Origin: an uncultured Pseudomonadota bacterium
GTDB taxonomy: Bacteria > Pseudomonadota > Gammaproteobacteria > Methylococcales > Methylomonadaceae
Assembly: GCA_903867225.1 (NCBI GenBank)
Contig: CAIPQN010000042.1
Location: forward strand, 102,992-166,991
Direction: 5' to 3'
Length of the DNA: 64,000 nt
The position numbers were made by a program, and so were the translations under genes. The notes below the pieces were generated by a model. That model saw only the letters and a list, made by a program, of their open reading frames with translations, was not told where the DNA came from and made no database searches. Position 1 is the stretch's first letter. Every line of letters starts with the position of its first letter. Positions 10,654-19,626 of this stretch are shown here, in pieces.

Positions 10654-11382
10654 TTAAACACCTGTTCCAACTTGTAACGAATCGAACCAATCCAAAAAGC
10701 GTTTAACATCATCGCCTTTGAACATTCGTCCGTGTTGAGGGGCTAAAATATCAATATCTAAATTTCTAACACGATCAATCCAGGCACGTTTAGCCTGATT
10801 CGACGGCATCATCCGTTGATGATAGGCTCGCATTTTCTCAACGTGAACATCAAAGCGTTCAACAAATACTGGCGCATTTGCAGGTTCAAAAGCAGAACCA
10901 ACACTACCACACATTAAAATTTTCGCTTGTGGATCATAAACATGAAAGTTACAAGGCGAATGCAAGTAGTGTGCAGGAATAATCTGTAATTCCACAGATT
11001 CTATTTTAATTGTTTCGCCATTGTCTGGAATCGGCACATATTCAATAGATTCACAGCCGAAATTGCGAATGTAGCCTTCCCAAAGAGCAGGGGCGTGTAA
11101 TTTCGCATTTGATAACGCTTGATCCCATAAGCCTAATGACGAAATTACGTCAGGGTCTTGGTGTGATGCAAACAAATCCGTAATTTGATCAACTGGCGCA
11201 TGATGTAGAACTGCTGCCATCATTGGTGCAAACAATTCCGTGCCACCAGGCTCAAGCAACAAACATTTGTTTGCTGTTCGCACAATGTACTGGTTGCTGT
11301 CGATAATGTTATCGGGTTTATTTTCGTCGCGCCCAAACATCACCCATTGATGCGCTCCTTCGTAAATCTTAGTCATTTTCAT
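10654..11382 (-). CDS. Metallo-beta-lactamase-fold di-metal protein, last gene of the che operon (candidate ODP-like O2/Fe sensor)
   Basis: 242 aa with AGGAG RBS. MBL-like motif positions: ..LFASHQDPDVISS.., ..AHYLHSPCNFHVYD.., ..ILAPQHGRMF... Motif 2 is HQDPDV rather than HxHxDH, so it is not a canonical hydrolase site. 18-bp gap to the upstream mini-MCP gene. Confidence 0.6.
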   Translation of the reverse strand: MKMTKIYEGAHQWVMFGRDENKPDNIIDSNQYIVRTANKCLLLEPGGTELFAPMMAAVLHHAPVDQITDLFASHQDPDVISSLGLWDQALSNAKLHAPALWEGYIRNFGCESIEYVPIPDNGETIKIESVELQIIPAHYLHSPCNFHVYDPQAKILMCGSVGSAFEPANAPVFVERFDVHVEKMRAYHQRMMPSNQAKRAWIDRVRNLDIDILAPQHGRMFKGDDVKRFLDWFDSLQVGTGV

Positions 11383-11400
11383 GAAAATGATGCTCCTTTT

Positions 11401-12009
11401 TTAACTATTACGATAAATCGATAATGCGATTCGACAACGCTGCACATTATCATGAATGGTATGCGCCGCTTTATCGACGCTTTCGGCAACGGCTTGTAAA
11501 CTTTGTAAATACTCACCCGCTTGAGATGCTTCAATACGCGAGTTTGCCGCAATAACACGCGCTGCTCGGGCGTGGTGCATAACAGCTTCCAATTGTCCTA
11601 ATAATTGCGTCACATCACGTTTAAACTGACGTTGGCAATCTTGCATCATCGTTTTTGCGTGCGTAATCGGCTCTTGCATAGAATTAGCGTAATGCGCTCC
11701 ATTCGCCAATTTTGCCACTTGCTCAAAACGATTGTAAGCGGCAGTACGACGATACTCATTAACGGTTAAACGGTATAAAAGTAACGCATAAACATTGATA
11801 TTCGTAACTAATTCAATGGTTTCTTTAGCCAGTTCGTTAATAAAATCGGTAATTGGTTGAAAGCCTTTTGCTTTGTCACCCGCCCGAAAGGCAATTGCTT
11901 TTGCATTGGCTGCTGCCAACGAAATTTCTTTTGCAACGACCATAACGGCACTCAACTCCGACGTAATCGAAGCAACTGCAATAAATTGTGATTTTGTTTG
12001 ACTGTTCAT
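11401..12009 (-). CDS. Minimal soluble MCP-like protein (helical hairpin with diverged signalling tip, no sensor or TM domain)
   Basis: 202 aa, no hydrophobic segment. ISLAAANAKAIAFRAGDKAKGFQPITDFINELAKET aligns by eye with the canonical tip [34 protein letters not shown] of the neighbouring 772-aa MCP. Confidence 0.7.
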   Translation of the reverse strand: MNSQTKSQFIAVASITSELSAVMVVAKEISLAAANAKAIAFRAGDKAKGFQPITDFINELAKETIELVTNINVYALLLYRLTVNEYRRTAAYNRFEQVAKLANGAHYANSMQEPITHAKTMMQDCQRQFKRDVTQLLGQLEAVMHHARAARVIAANSRIEASQAGEYLQSLQAVAESVDKAAHTIHDNVQRCRIALSIYRNS

Positions 12010-12027
12010 AATGTCTCTTTTCGCCTG

Positions 12028-13098
12028 TTAACGTAATCCAGTTTTAACCAGTGTCAAAATTTTAGCGGCAATCTCATCTAAAGGAAGAACGTAATCCGTA
12101 CAGCCTAATTTAAATGCTGCACCAGGCATTCCCCAAACAACACTAGATGCTTCATCTTGAATAATGGTTTTTGCACCAGCTTCTTTCATGGCTTGCATAC
12201 CAACTGCGCCATCTGCTCCCATTCCTGTAAGCAAAACACATACCGCATTTTCTTTCGCACATTTCGCAGCCGCATGAAATAACACATCAACAGCGGGTTT
12301 ATGGCGATTCACAGGCGCACTATCTTCTATTTGAATAATATATTGATTATTCATTCGTATCACGCTCATTTGAAAACCACCTGGTGCAAGATAGATATTA
12401 CCCCATTCAACGACTTGCCCATGTACTGGAATCGTTGCCTTCATGTGTGTTACTGCATCAATATGCTGCACAAAAGATTCACTAAACGCCGCTGGCAAAT
12501 GTTGAGTAATCAAAATAGGTGGGCAATTTGCAGGTAAACTTTTTACTACGACTTTGATTGCTTCTGTACCCCCAGTCGATGCTCCCAAAACAATGAGTTT
12601 AGTAAAATTCGTTGTATTTTGTGTTGAGAGGATTTTTTGCATTGCATTTATTACATTAACAACCTTAGGTTCTTCATGCTGTTTTTGCGTTTCTCCATTC
12701 GTATTTGCCGCGACACGAACTTTTGAAATAATTTCTTCTGAAAAATCTGCAAGTGTATATTCGGTATCTATTTTTGGTTTTAATACAAAATCCACCGCTC
12801 CTAAAGCCAATGCTTCTAAAGTTACTTCTGCGCCATGACTTGTAAGTGTTGAAATCATCACAACAGGCATCGGGCGCAAACGCATCAAATTTCGCAAAAA
12901 CGTAATGCCATTCATGTGTGGCATTTCAATATCGAGTGTCAATACGTCAGGATTTAACTCTTTAATCATATCTCTTGCGACCAAAGCATCTTCTGCCGCA
13001 CCAACAACTTCAATATCTGGAGCATTATTGAGTACGCTGGTTAATATTTTTCGGACTAATAAGGAATCATCGACAATTAAAACTCGTATTTTTTTCAT
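12028..13098 (-). CDS. cheB: Chemotaxis response regulator protein-glutamate methylesterase CheB
   Basis: N-terminal receiver (KIRVLIVDDS...LTLDIEMPHMNG) and C-terminal methylesterase (LIVLGASTGGTEAI, HLPAAFSESF, LLTGMGADG). Confidence 0.95.
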   Translation of the reverse strand: MKKIRVLIVDDSLLVRKILTSVLNNAPDIEVVGAAEDALVARDMIKELNPDVLTLDIEMPHMNGITFLRNLMRLRPMPVVMISTLTSHGAEVTLEALALGAVDFVLKPKIDTEYTLADFSEEIISKVRVAANTNGETQKQHEEPKVVNVINAMQKILSTQNTTNFTKLIVLGASTGGTEAIKVVVKSLPANCPPILITQHLPAAFSESFVQHIDAVTHMKATIPVHGQVVEWGNIYLAPGGFQMSVIRMNNQYIIQIEDSAPVNRHKPAVDVLFHAAAKCAKENAVCVLLTGMGADGAVGMQAMKEAGAKTIIQDEASSVVWGMPGAAFKLGCTDYVLPLDEIAAKILTLVKTGLR

Positions 13099-13136
13099 GC
13101 GTACTCTGTGAATCGGGTTTATTTATTTGTTACGAA

Positions 13137-13772
13137 TTAAAATAGTTCAACATCGCCTTCAACAGGCAAGTCTTTGATATTTCTTAAGTATTGGTGATCG
13201 CGCTGTGCAATAGTATCGTTATGCAAGTCTTGGATTTTTTTCATTCCAACTTTTCCTGTTTTTGGAAAATAAATGACTTTACGTGGATAAATATCACCCA
13301 AATCTTGCGATAACAATGTCAGTCCTTCTTGGTCAATATAATCCAAAATGAAATCTATATTGCTCTTGCCGACATCGCTTAACGTTGGAATAATTTTTCC
13401 ACCGCCAAACACCTTAATTTCCAAATTTTTACGTTTGCCACCATTAGTTAAAATGGTATTTATTAGGTGTTCCATCGCAAAATTACCATAACGGTTCGCT
13501 TGACCAATCATGGCATTGCTGCCTTGCTGCATTTTTAATTTTGTCGTTTCGGGTAACATAAAATGATTCATGCCACCAACGCCCGATTCTTTATCTCGCA
13601 CACACGCTGAAATACACGAACCCAATATCGTTGTAATCAGTTCATTTTCAGCTGTAACGTAGTATTCACCTGGTAGTATTTTTGCAGCAACAATACCGTG
13701 ATCTCTGTCTAAATAACGATTGACGTGGTCAAAACCGTGAATAGAGGGTTTATCAATTTCGCTAGCACTCAT
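13137..13772 (-). CDS. cheD: Chemoreceptor glutamine deamidase CheD
   Basis: 211 aa with CheD signature LGSCISACVRDKESGVGGMNHFMLP. Located between cheR and cheB, as in Che2-type clusters. Confidence 0.9.
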   Translation of the reverse strand: MSASEIDKPSIHGFDHVNRYLDRDHGIVAAKILPGEYYVTAENELITTILGSCISACVRDKESGVGGMNHFMLPETTKLKMQQGSNAMIGQANRYGNFAMEHLINTILTNGGKRKNLEIKVFGGGKIIPTLSDVGKSNIDFILDYIDQEGLTLLSQDLGDIYPRKVIYFPKTGKVGMKKIQDLHNDTIAQRDHQYLRNIKDLPVEGDVELF

Positions 13773-13774
13773 TT

Positions 13775-14611
13775 TTATGTATTTTTTCGATAGCTGGTAG
13801 TTGCCACCAACTCAAACTCGTTACAAATTTGATTTAATGACTCCGAATGTCCAATAAATAACCAGGACTTACTAGCCAACATTTTAGCATATCGTTTCGC
13901 CAAGGTAGTTTTTGTTTCACGGTCAAAATATATCAACACATTCCGACAAAAAATAACGTCAAAAGGTGTTTGCATGCCCCAATCTTGCATCAGATTTAAT
14001 TGTTTAAATTGAATAATTTCTTGTAATTCGGGTTTCACTTTAACGTAATCAGGCGACGATTTACTTCGCATAAACCAACGCTTCAAAACATCGGGTGATA
14101 AATCTGCAATTCGATCTTGTGTGTAAATGCCGTCTGAAGCCGTTTGCAAAACATTGGTATCTAAATCGGTGGCTAAAATTTGAGTATTCCAACCAGCAGG
14201 TAAATTTTCCAATAACGTCATCGCCACAGAATAAGGTTCTTCTCCTGTTGAGCAACCCGCCGACCAAACACGAATCTGTTTTGTACTTTTATTTCGTACC
14301 AACAATTCTGGAATAACCACGTCACGCAAATAATCAAAGTGATGCTGTTCACGAAAAAAGGAAGTTAAATTTGTCGTAATTGCGTTAATAAAATCAGTAA
14401 ATTCATCATCGTGATGATTATGCAAATACTGGCAGTATTCTTTGAAATTACTTAATCCTAATTTTCTAACACGTTTCGATAAACGAGAATAAAACATATC
14501 AAAACGTTCATCTGGCACTTGAATGCCAGAATGATCATTCGATAATTTTCTCAAGATATTGAAATCTTCAGCCGTAAATTTAAATTCGCGTTCTTTTTCT
14601 ACGATAGCCAT
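13775..14611 (-). CDS. cheR: Chemotaxis protein methyltransferase CheR
   Basis: 278 aa. TSFFREQHHFDYL, SAM-binding IRVWSAGCSTGEEPYSVAM, and FCRNVLIYFD. Confidence 0.95.
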   Translation of the reverse strand: MAIVEKEREFKFTAEDFNILRKLSNDHSGIQVPDERFDMFYSRLSKRVRKLGLSNFKEYCQYLHNHHDDEFTDFINAITTNLTSFFREQHHFDYLRDVVIPELLVRNKSTKQIRVWSAGCSTGEEPYSVAMTLLENLPAGWNTQILATDLDTNVLQTASDGIYTQDRIADLSPDVLKRWFMRSKSSPDYVKVKPELQEIIQFKQLNLMQDWGMQTPFDVIFCRNVLIYFDRETKTTLAKRYAKMLASKSWLFIGHSESLNQICNEFELVATTSYRKNT

Positions 14612-14649
14612 ATTTACAACGCATTTCCTTTGATTTTATCAATCAATTG

Positions 14650-15402
14650 CTAGACTTCGGTTATTTCAAGAACATCAAGTAAATTCAACAATTTTGCAGA
14701 TTCAATAAATCGTGTAGACGGATAAATGATGCCCACATTTTTATGTGATTGCTGCTGATATTTTTTCAATGAAACTAATAATTGCAACGTTGCAGTATCG
14801 ATTGTCGTGACATCTGAAGCATTGATTTCAATGGTATCGTGTGCCGCTAAAGCCCGTTTTATTGTGTCATAAAGTGCCACGATATTTTTAATCGTCGCTT
14901 CAGCATTTAATTCAATCAATGGTTCGACTATTTCTTCAGGTTTTTTTTCAGGAACTTCTTCGGGTTCTTTTTCAAGAACGTCTGTTTCTTCCAAGGCAAT
15001 TTCACTGATTTCTTCAACTATTTCATTGATAACTGTGTCATCTGTTTCTGAAGATTCCATCGAGATTTCAACATCTATATCAACATTTTCATCAGTGTCG
15101 ATAGCGATTTCAATGTCGCCGTCTTCATCAACGATTACGTCGATTTCAAATTCTTCCGTTGTATCTTCATCATCAGTCGCGTCATTACTTTCAGCTTCGA
15201 TAGCGATTTCTTCAGTTACAGCAACAACTTCATTTTCGGTTTCTTGTTCAACTTGTTCTTCTGGCTCATCAACCACGGGAGCGGCTTTTGCTTTTGTTTT
15301 CGCTTTAGTTACTTTTTTAGCGGGTGCAGGAGGTGTTTCGTCAAGCGTTTCGCCATCCATCCATGCCAATGGATCGTAACCAATTAAATTATTTGTTGTC
15401 AT
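14650..15402 (-). CDS. Highly acidic protein with C-terminal STAS domain (possible partner of the adjacent ParA-like ATPase)
   Basis: 250 aa. Short N-terminal peptide, then a Lys-rich patch (KKVTKAKTKAKA). About 130 aa of D/E-rich low complexity follows. The C-terminal ~90 aa are STAS-like (LNAEATIKNIVALYDTIKRAL...IEINASDVTTIDTATLQLLVSL...). 14-bp overlap with the parA-like stop. Confidence 0.7.
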   Translation of the reverse strand: MTTNNLIGYDPLAWMDGETLDETPPAPAKKVTKAKTKAKAAPVVDEPEEQVEQETENEVVAVTEEIAIEAESNDATDDEDTTEEFEIDVIVDEDGDIEIAIDTDENVDIDVEISMESSETDDTVINEIVEEISEIALEETDVLEKEPEEVPEKKPEEIVEPLIELNAEATIKNIVALYDTIKRALAAHDTIEINASDVTTIDTATLQLLVSLKKYQQQSHKNVGIIYPSTRFIESAKLLNLLDVLEITEV

Positions 15403-16162
15403 CTGTCATTACCCTATCTTCAAGAAAATCATTGGCAAGATTACGGAAATCTCGTGCAGAACGGCTTTTTGGACTGTATTCCAAAATGGTTTGTCCAAAA
15501 CTTGGACATTCCGCTAATAACGCTGTTTCACGAATGACTGTCGCCAATATCTGATTAGGAAAGTGGGACAGTAATATGTTTATAACCTGACCAGAAATAC
15601 GGCGCGTGGACATATAACGCGAAATCACGACCGAAAGTTTATATTGCCGTTTTAATGCACCTTCAAAACGCTTCACTGTCGCCATTAAATGCGACAAACC
15701 TTGTAACGCTAGAAAATCACTCGCCATTGGAACCAAAATTTCTTGTGTGGCAATTAACGCATTTGCCACCAATAATCCTGACGATGGCGGGCAATCAATA
15801 AATATGAAATCTTGATCTTCCAATTGACCACGCAACGCATCACGCAACATGACTCCGCGTGGTGAACCTGTATTGCTCATTTGCTCTACGTCTTTAAGTT
15901 TCGAGCCTGCGGGAATCAATTGTAAATTTTCGCGCACTGATACTGCTTGATCCTCAATGGTTTTTTCTTTGAGCAAAGCCAAATCAACGCCACTTAAATT
16001 GTGCGAAATAATGCCAAATGAAACGGCTAAATGTCCTTGCGGATCAAAATCAATGACCGTCACTTTTTTGCCTAATTCAGCGAGTGCATGGCACAAATTC
16101 GCTGTCGTCGTGGTCTTTCCGACCCCGCCTTTTTGGTTAATAATGGCGATTATTCTGGTCAT
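15389..16162 (-). CDS. ParA/MinD-family ATPase embedded in the chemosensory operon (ParC/PpfA-like)
   Basis: 257 aa with deviant Walker A IINQKGGVGKTTTTANL and Walker B-like FIFIDCPPS. 1-nt overlap (TAATG) with the upstream cheW stop. Confidence 0.9.
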   Translation of the reverse strand: MTRIIAIINQKGGVGKTTTTANLCHALAELGKKVTVIDFDPQGHLAVSFGIISHNLSGVDLALLKEKTIEDQAVSVRENLQLIPAGSKLKDVEQMSNTGSPRGVMLRDALRGQLEDQDFIFIDCPPSSGLLVANALIATQEILVPMASDFLALQGLSHLMATVKRFEGALKRQYKLSVVISRYMSTRRISGQVINILLSHFPNQILATVIRETALLAECPSFGQTILEYSPKSRSARDFRNLANDFLEDRVMTDDNK

Positions 16163-16683
16163 TACAGAAAGTCTTCCGTGTCAGGCGAAATAGAATCGGC
16201 AAGCTCATCCATTCCATCAAGTTCATCTGGATTAAGTAGTTTGTCTACGTCCAAAAGCATAATCATATTTTTTTTATAAACGTGCATTCCACGCATATAA
16301 CGGGTGTCTAATTGCGAACCAAAATTAGGTGCTTTTTTAATTTCGCTGAGTTTTATATCAAGAACATCTGAAACCGCATCTGCCACAATTCCCATCACAA
16401 ACGTTTCAGTGCGATGATGTTTTACGCACAACACAATTACGACAGTTTTATGGGTATATTCACAATGTTCTAGCGAAAAACGTTCGCGTAAATCCACAAT
16501 CGGAATGACAGAACCGCGTAAATTTAATACGCCTTTGATAAAAGAAGGTGCGTTTGGAATTACACGCACAGCTTCCCAACCTCTGATTTCTTGTACCTTT
16601 AATATTTCCACACCATAGACTTCACTGGCGAGTTCAAAAGTTAAAAATTGCTCAATTTGTTTATTATGTACATCAGTAGTCAT
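16162..16683 (-). CDS. cheW: Chemotaxis coupling protein CheW (copy 2)
   Basis: CheW domain (FLTFELASEVYGVEILKVQEIRGWE...VLNLRGSVIPIVDLRERF), paralogous to the 172-aa CheW at 19077. The track start 16752 is a GTG overlapping the MCP gene; ATG at 16683 with an AGGAAA RBS is preferred. Confidence 0.9.
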   Translation of the reverse strand: MTTDVHNKQIEQFLTFELASEVYGVEILKVQEIRGWEAVRVIPNAPSFIKGVLNLRGSVIPIVDLRERFSLEHCEYTHKTVVIVLCVKHHRTETFVMGIVADAVSDVLDIKLSEIKKAPNFGSQLDTRYMRGMHVYKKNMIMLLDVDKLLNPDELDGMDELADSISPDTEDFL

Positions 16684-16723
16684 GATTGTTATTTCCTGCG
16701 GGTTATATGTAGCATTATCAGTT

Positions 16724-19042
16724 TTAAAACTCTTCCCAATCATCACTGCCACTGCTCATCGTCGAAACGGGTAGGGCAGGTGATTTCATTTTTGCGACAG
16801 GTTGTTTCATCGGTGTTGAAGTTTGGCTTCGTGTCGATGAATTTTTGTCACTGACTTTAAAGAAATTGAGCAACTGAGACATTTTGGCAGACTGCTCACT
16901 CATTGCCATACTGTTCGCTGCCGCTTCTTCCGCTAAAGCAGAATTTTGTTGGGTAATATCATCCATTTGTGCCACGGCTTGATTTACCTGACTAATTCCA
17001 GTCGATTGTTTATCGCTGGATTCGGTAATTTGTCCGACAATGTCACCAACTCTGATAATACTATCGACAATTTCCATCAATGCTGCACCTGTTTCATTAA
17101 CAAATGCCGTGCCAGAGCGCACTTTTTGTACGCTATTTTGAATCAATTCACTACTTTGTGCTGCTGCAGTTGCGCTGCGTTGCGCTAAGTTTCTGACTTC
17201 CGTAGCAACTACAGAAAAACCACGTCCTTGTTCGCCTGCTCTTGCTGCTTCTACGGAAGCATTCAACGCCAACAAATTAGTTTGGAAAGCGATTTCGTCA
17301 ATCACACCAATAATTTCAGCGATACGATTACTACTTTCGTTAATTTCTAACATCGCGCCAATGGCAGATTTCACCACCTCACCGCCTTTTTCTGCCAGCT
17401 GTGTCGCTGACTCAACTACTTTCGTGGCTTGCTGTGTATTTTCGGCATTGCTTTTCACTGTGTGAGATAAATCATTCATGCTCGCAGCAGTTTGTTCCAA
17501 GCTACTGGCTTGTTGTTCAACACGTTGTGACAAATTATTGTTGCCGCTTGCCATTTCTTGTGACGAGTTATTGACGAATTCAGCCGTTTCGCGAATTTGT
17601 AAAATAAAATGACTGATTTTAGAAATTGCATCGTTAATATGATCTTTACATTCTGCGTAAATACCTTGGTAATCCGATTGAATGCTATTAGTTAAATCAC
17701 CGTCTGCCATTTTTTCTATAACTGTATTGATGTCAACGAAGACATTTTCAATTATATCGGTTAATTCGTTAATGTTAATAGACAGCGATTTCTCAAAACC
17801 TTCTTTATCGTCAACACGAATTCGCGCACTTAAATTTCCAACTTTAATTGAATTTACTAAATTTACAATTTCTTGTTCAATTTTTGCTTCTAAAGTTCTA
17901 TCTTGCCATTCCGCGACGTAACCAATGCGCTCGCCGTTACTAGCAATAACAGGTTTAGCAATGACTTGCATTGAACGCCCCGCCAATACTAAATGTGAAG
18001 TTATAGAATCGGTCAGTCCTTTTAGTAAATCCCGCTGATATGCTGGATTTTTATGAAATATATCAATGGTTGAGCCAAGTAAGTTTGCCGCTTTAAAAGC
18101 AGGCAGTTCTTTACGAATATCATTTTCTGCATTGGTAAATAATTGTTGTGCTGCTTTATTCACAAAAATAATTTCTAAATTCGCATCTGCAATTAATACG
18201 CTAGATTGCACATTTTCTAATCCACTAATCACGCGCAGAGCATCAGAAGATGATTGACGTAAATCACCCAAATCGCTGCCTAATCTAATGCCTGTACCAT
18301 AAATGGCGCGTAATAATTCACCAAATTTATCATTACGTTTTAAATCAGGTGGTTTTGCGAATCTGTCGGTGCTTAATCGGTGTAATTCATTGATGGATAG
18401 TTCTACTAATTCGCAGGTATTGTGCGAGATACTGAACACCATCGCACCGCCTAAAACGGTTAATCCACCAACAATTGAGAGTAAACCATAATCCGCTGTA
18501 TTCAAAAACTCGGACATTAAAAAAACATTTGGAGCAACAAGAAAGGTTGATGCAAATGCTAGTTTTGTGCCAAGCGAAATTTCTTTAATTTTCTTTAAAA
18601 ATGCTGCGAAACCTGTTGCGTGTAACACAGCTTGATTCGCTGCAATTTTGCGATACAACGCTTCGGTTTCAATAATATCGCTTCGTAAAGGTGCGTGACG
18701 TACAGAAATATAACCAATCGCTACGTTATTTTCCAACAACGGCATGACATTCGCGTTCACCCAATAATAATCACCTGATTTTGACCGATTTTTTACTACA
18801 CCGTGCCACGGATTACCTTTTTTGATGGTATTCCACATATCTTCAAATGCCGCTTGAGGCATATCGGGATGGCGAACAACATTGTGTGATGCTCCAATAA
18901 GTTCATGGTGTGAATATCCGCTGATTTCTACAAAGGCATCATTCACAAACGTAATCACACCTTTTAAATCAGTACGAGTGACTAAAATCGTACCTGTTTT
19001 CATCAAACGTTCATTGTTTGTGACTGGGATATTCATTTTCAT
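16724..19042 (-). CDS. Aer-like methyl-accepting chemotaxis protein: PAS(Aer-type) - membrane hairpin - PAS - HAMP-like - MCP signalling domain - C-terminal DWEEF
   Basis: 772 aa. The N-terminal PAS carries the Aer hallmark [42 protein letters not shown]. Two hydrophobic stretches at about aa 160-215, then a second PAS ([21 protein letters not shown]). Canonical tip [34 protein letters not shown]. The extreme C-terminus is SGSDDWEEF. Confidence 0.9.
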   Translation of the reverse strand: MKMNIPVTNNERLMKTGTILVTRTDLKGVITFVNDAFVEISGYSHHELIGASHNVVRHPDMPQAAFEDMWNTIKKGNPWHGVVKNRSKSGDYYWVNANVMPLLENNVAIGYISVRHAPLRSDIIETEALYRKIAANQAVLHATGFAAFLKKIKEISLGTKLAFASTFLVAPNVFLMSEFLNTADYGLLSIVGGLTVLGGAMVFSISHNTCELVELSINELHRLSTDRFAKPPDLKRNDKFGELLRAIYGTGIRLGSDLGDLRQSSSDALRVISGLENVQSSVLIADANLEIIFVNKAAQQLFTNAENDIRKELPAFKAANLLGSTIDIFHKNPAYQRDLLKGLTDSITSHLVLAGRSMQVIAKPVIASNGERIGYVAEWQDRTLEAKIEQEIVNLVNSIKVGNLSARIRVDDKEGFEKSLSININELTDIIENVFVDINTVIEKMADGDLTNSIQSDYQGIYAECKDHINDAISKISHFILQIRETAEFVNNSSQEMASGNNNLSQRVEQQASSLEQTAASMNDLSHTVKSNAENTQQATKVVESATQLAEKGGEVVKSAIGAMLEINESSNRIAEIIGVIDEIAFQTNLLALNASVEAARAGEQGRGFSVVATEVRNLAQRSATAAAQSSELIQNSVQKVRSGTAFVNETGAALMEIVDSIIRVGDIVGQITESSDKQSTGISQVNQAVAQMDDITQQNSALAEEAAANSMAMSEQSAKMSQLLNFFKVSDKNSSTRSQTSTPMKQPVAKMKSPALPVSTMSSGSDDWEEF

Positions 19043-19076
19043 TACGGCTTATCTCGTTAAAAATTGGTGATTAAAA

Positions 19077-19595
19077 TTAACTTTCTATTAATTCCATTGT
19101 GTCTAACGTCAATAATTTATCTACGTCAAGCAGCATTACCATGCGTTCATTAACCGAAACAAGACCATTAATAAATTCGTTACTTACTTTGGTACCAAAA
19201 TCAGGTGCGCCTTGAATTTCAGATTTATCCACGCTAATCACGTCAGAAACCGAATCAACAACGACTCCCATAATTCGCGTGTGACTGCCGCTGCCTGTTT
19301 GCAAAACCACGACAACTGTAAGTGGCGTATATTCGACTTTGCTCAGAGCAAAACGTTCGCGTAAATCAATAATTGGCACAATCGCGCCGCGCAAATTCAC
19401 CACGCCTTTTTCATAAAGCGGCACATTTGGAACTCGTGACACAGGTTCCCAACTGCGAATTTCTTGTACTCGTAAAATATCAACGCCGTATTCTTCTTTG
19501 CCTAATACAAAACTTAAATACTGAATAGTAATTGGCATTTCTGAATTAGCTTGCGCGACTTCTTTTGCAATCGGTTTTTCGTTTTCTTGTGACAT
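19077..19595 (-). CDS. cheW: Chemotaxis coupling protein CheW (copy 1)
   Basis: 172 aa with CheW domain (YLSFVLGKEEYGVDILRVQEIRSWE..VVNLRGAIVPIIDLRERF). Confidence 0.9.
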   Translation of the reverse strand: MSQENEKPIAKEVAQANSEMPITIQYLSFVLGKEEYGVDILRVQEIRSWEPVSRVPNVPLYEKGVVNLRGAIVPIIDLRERFALSKVEYTPLTVVVVLQTGSGSHTRIMGVVVDSVSDVISVDKSEIQGAPDFGTKVSNEFINGLVSVNERMVMLLDVDKLLTLDTMELIES

Positions 19596-19626
19596 AACAG
19601 TTTTCTGTATAAATGAGTGAGAAAAA

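Noticed and set aside
11401-12009. The 202-aa MCP-like ORF as a truncated pseudogene of a full-length receptor
   Set aside because: The ORF is intact, tightly spaced in the operon with its own ATG, and contains sequence on both sides of the tip, as expected for a complete helical hairpin. It is kept as a real gene, but this alternative should be tested.
15026-15379. 117-aa plus-strand Ser-rich ORF; similarly 20603..21187 (+) and 30390..30614 (+)
   Set aside because: These are antisense reading frames of low-complexity acidic, Pro/Ala or Ala-rich segments of the STAS protein, CheA and FlgE. Such regions keep complementary frames open.
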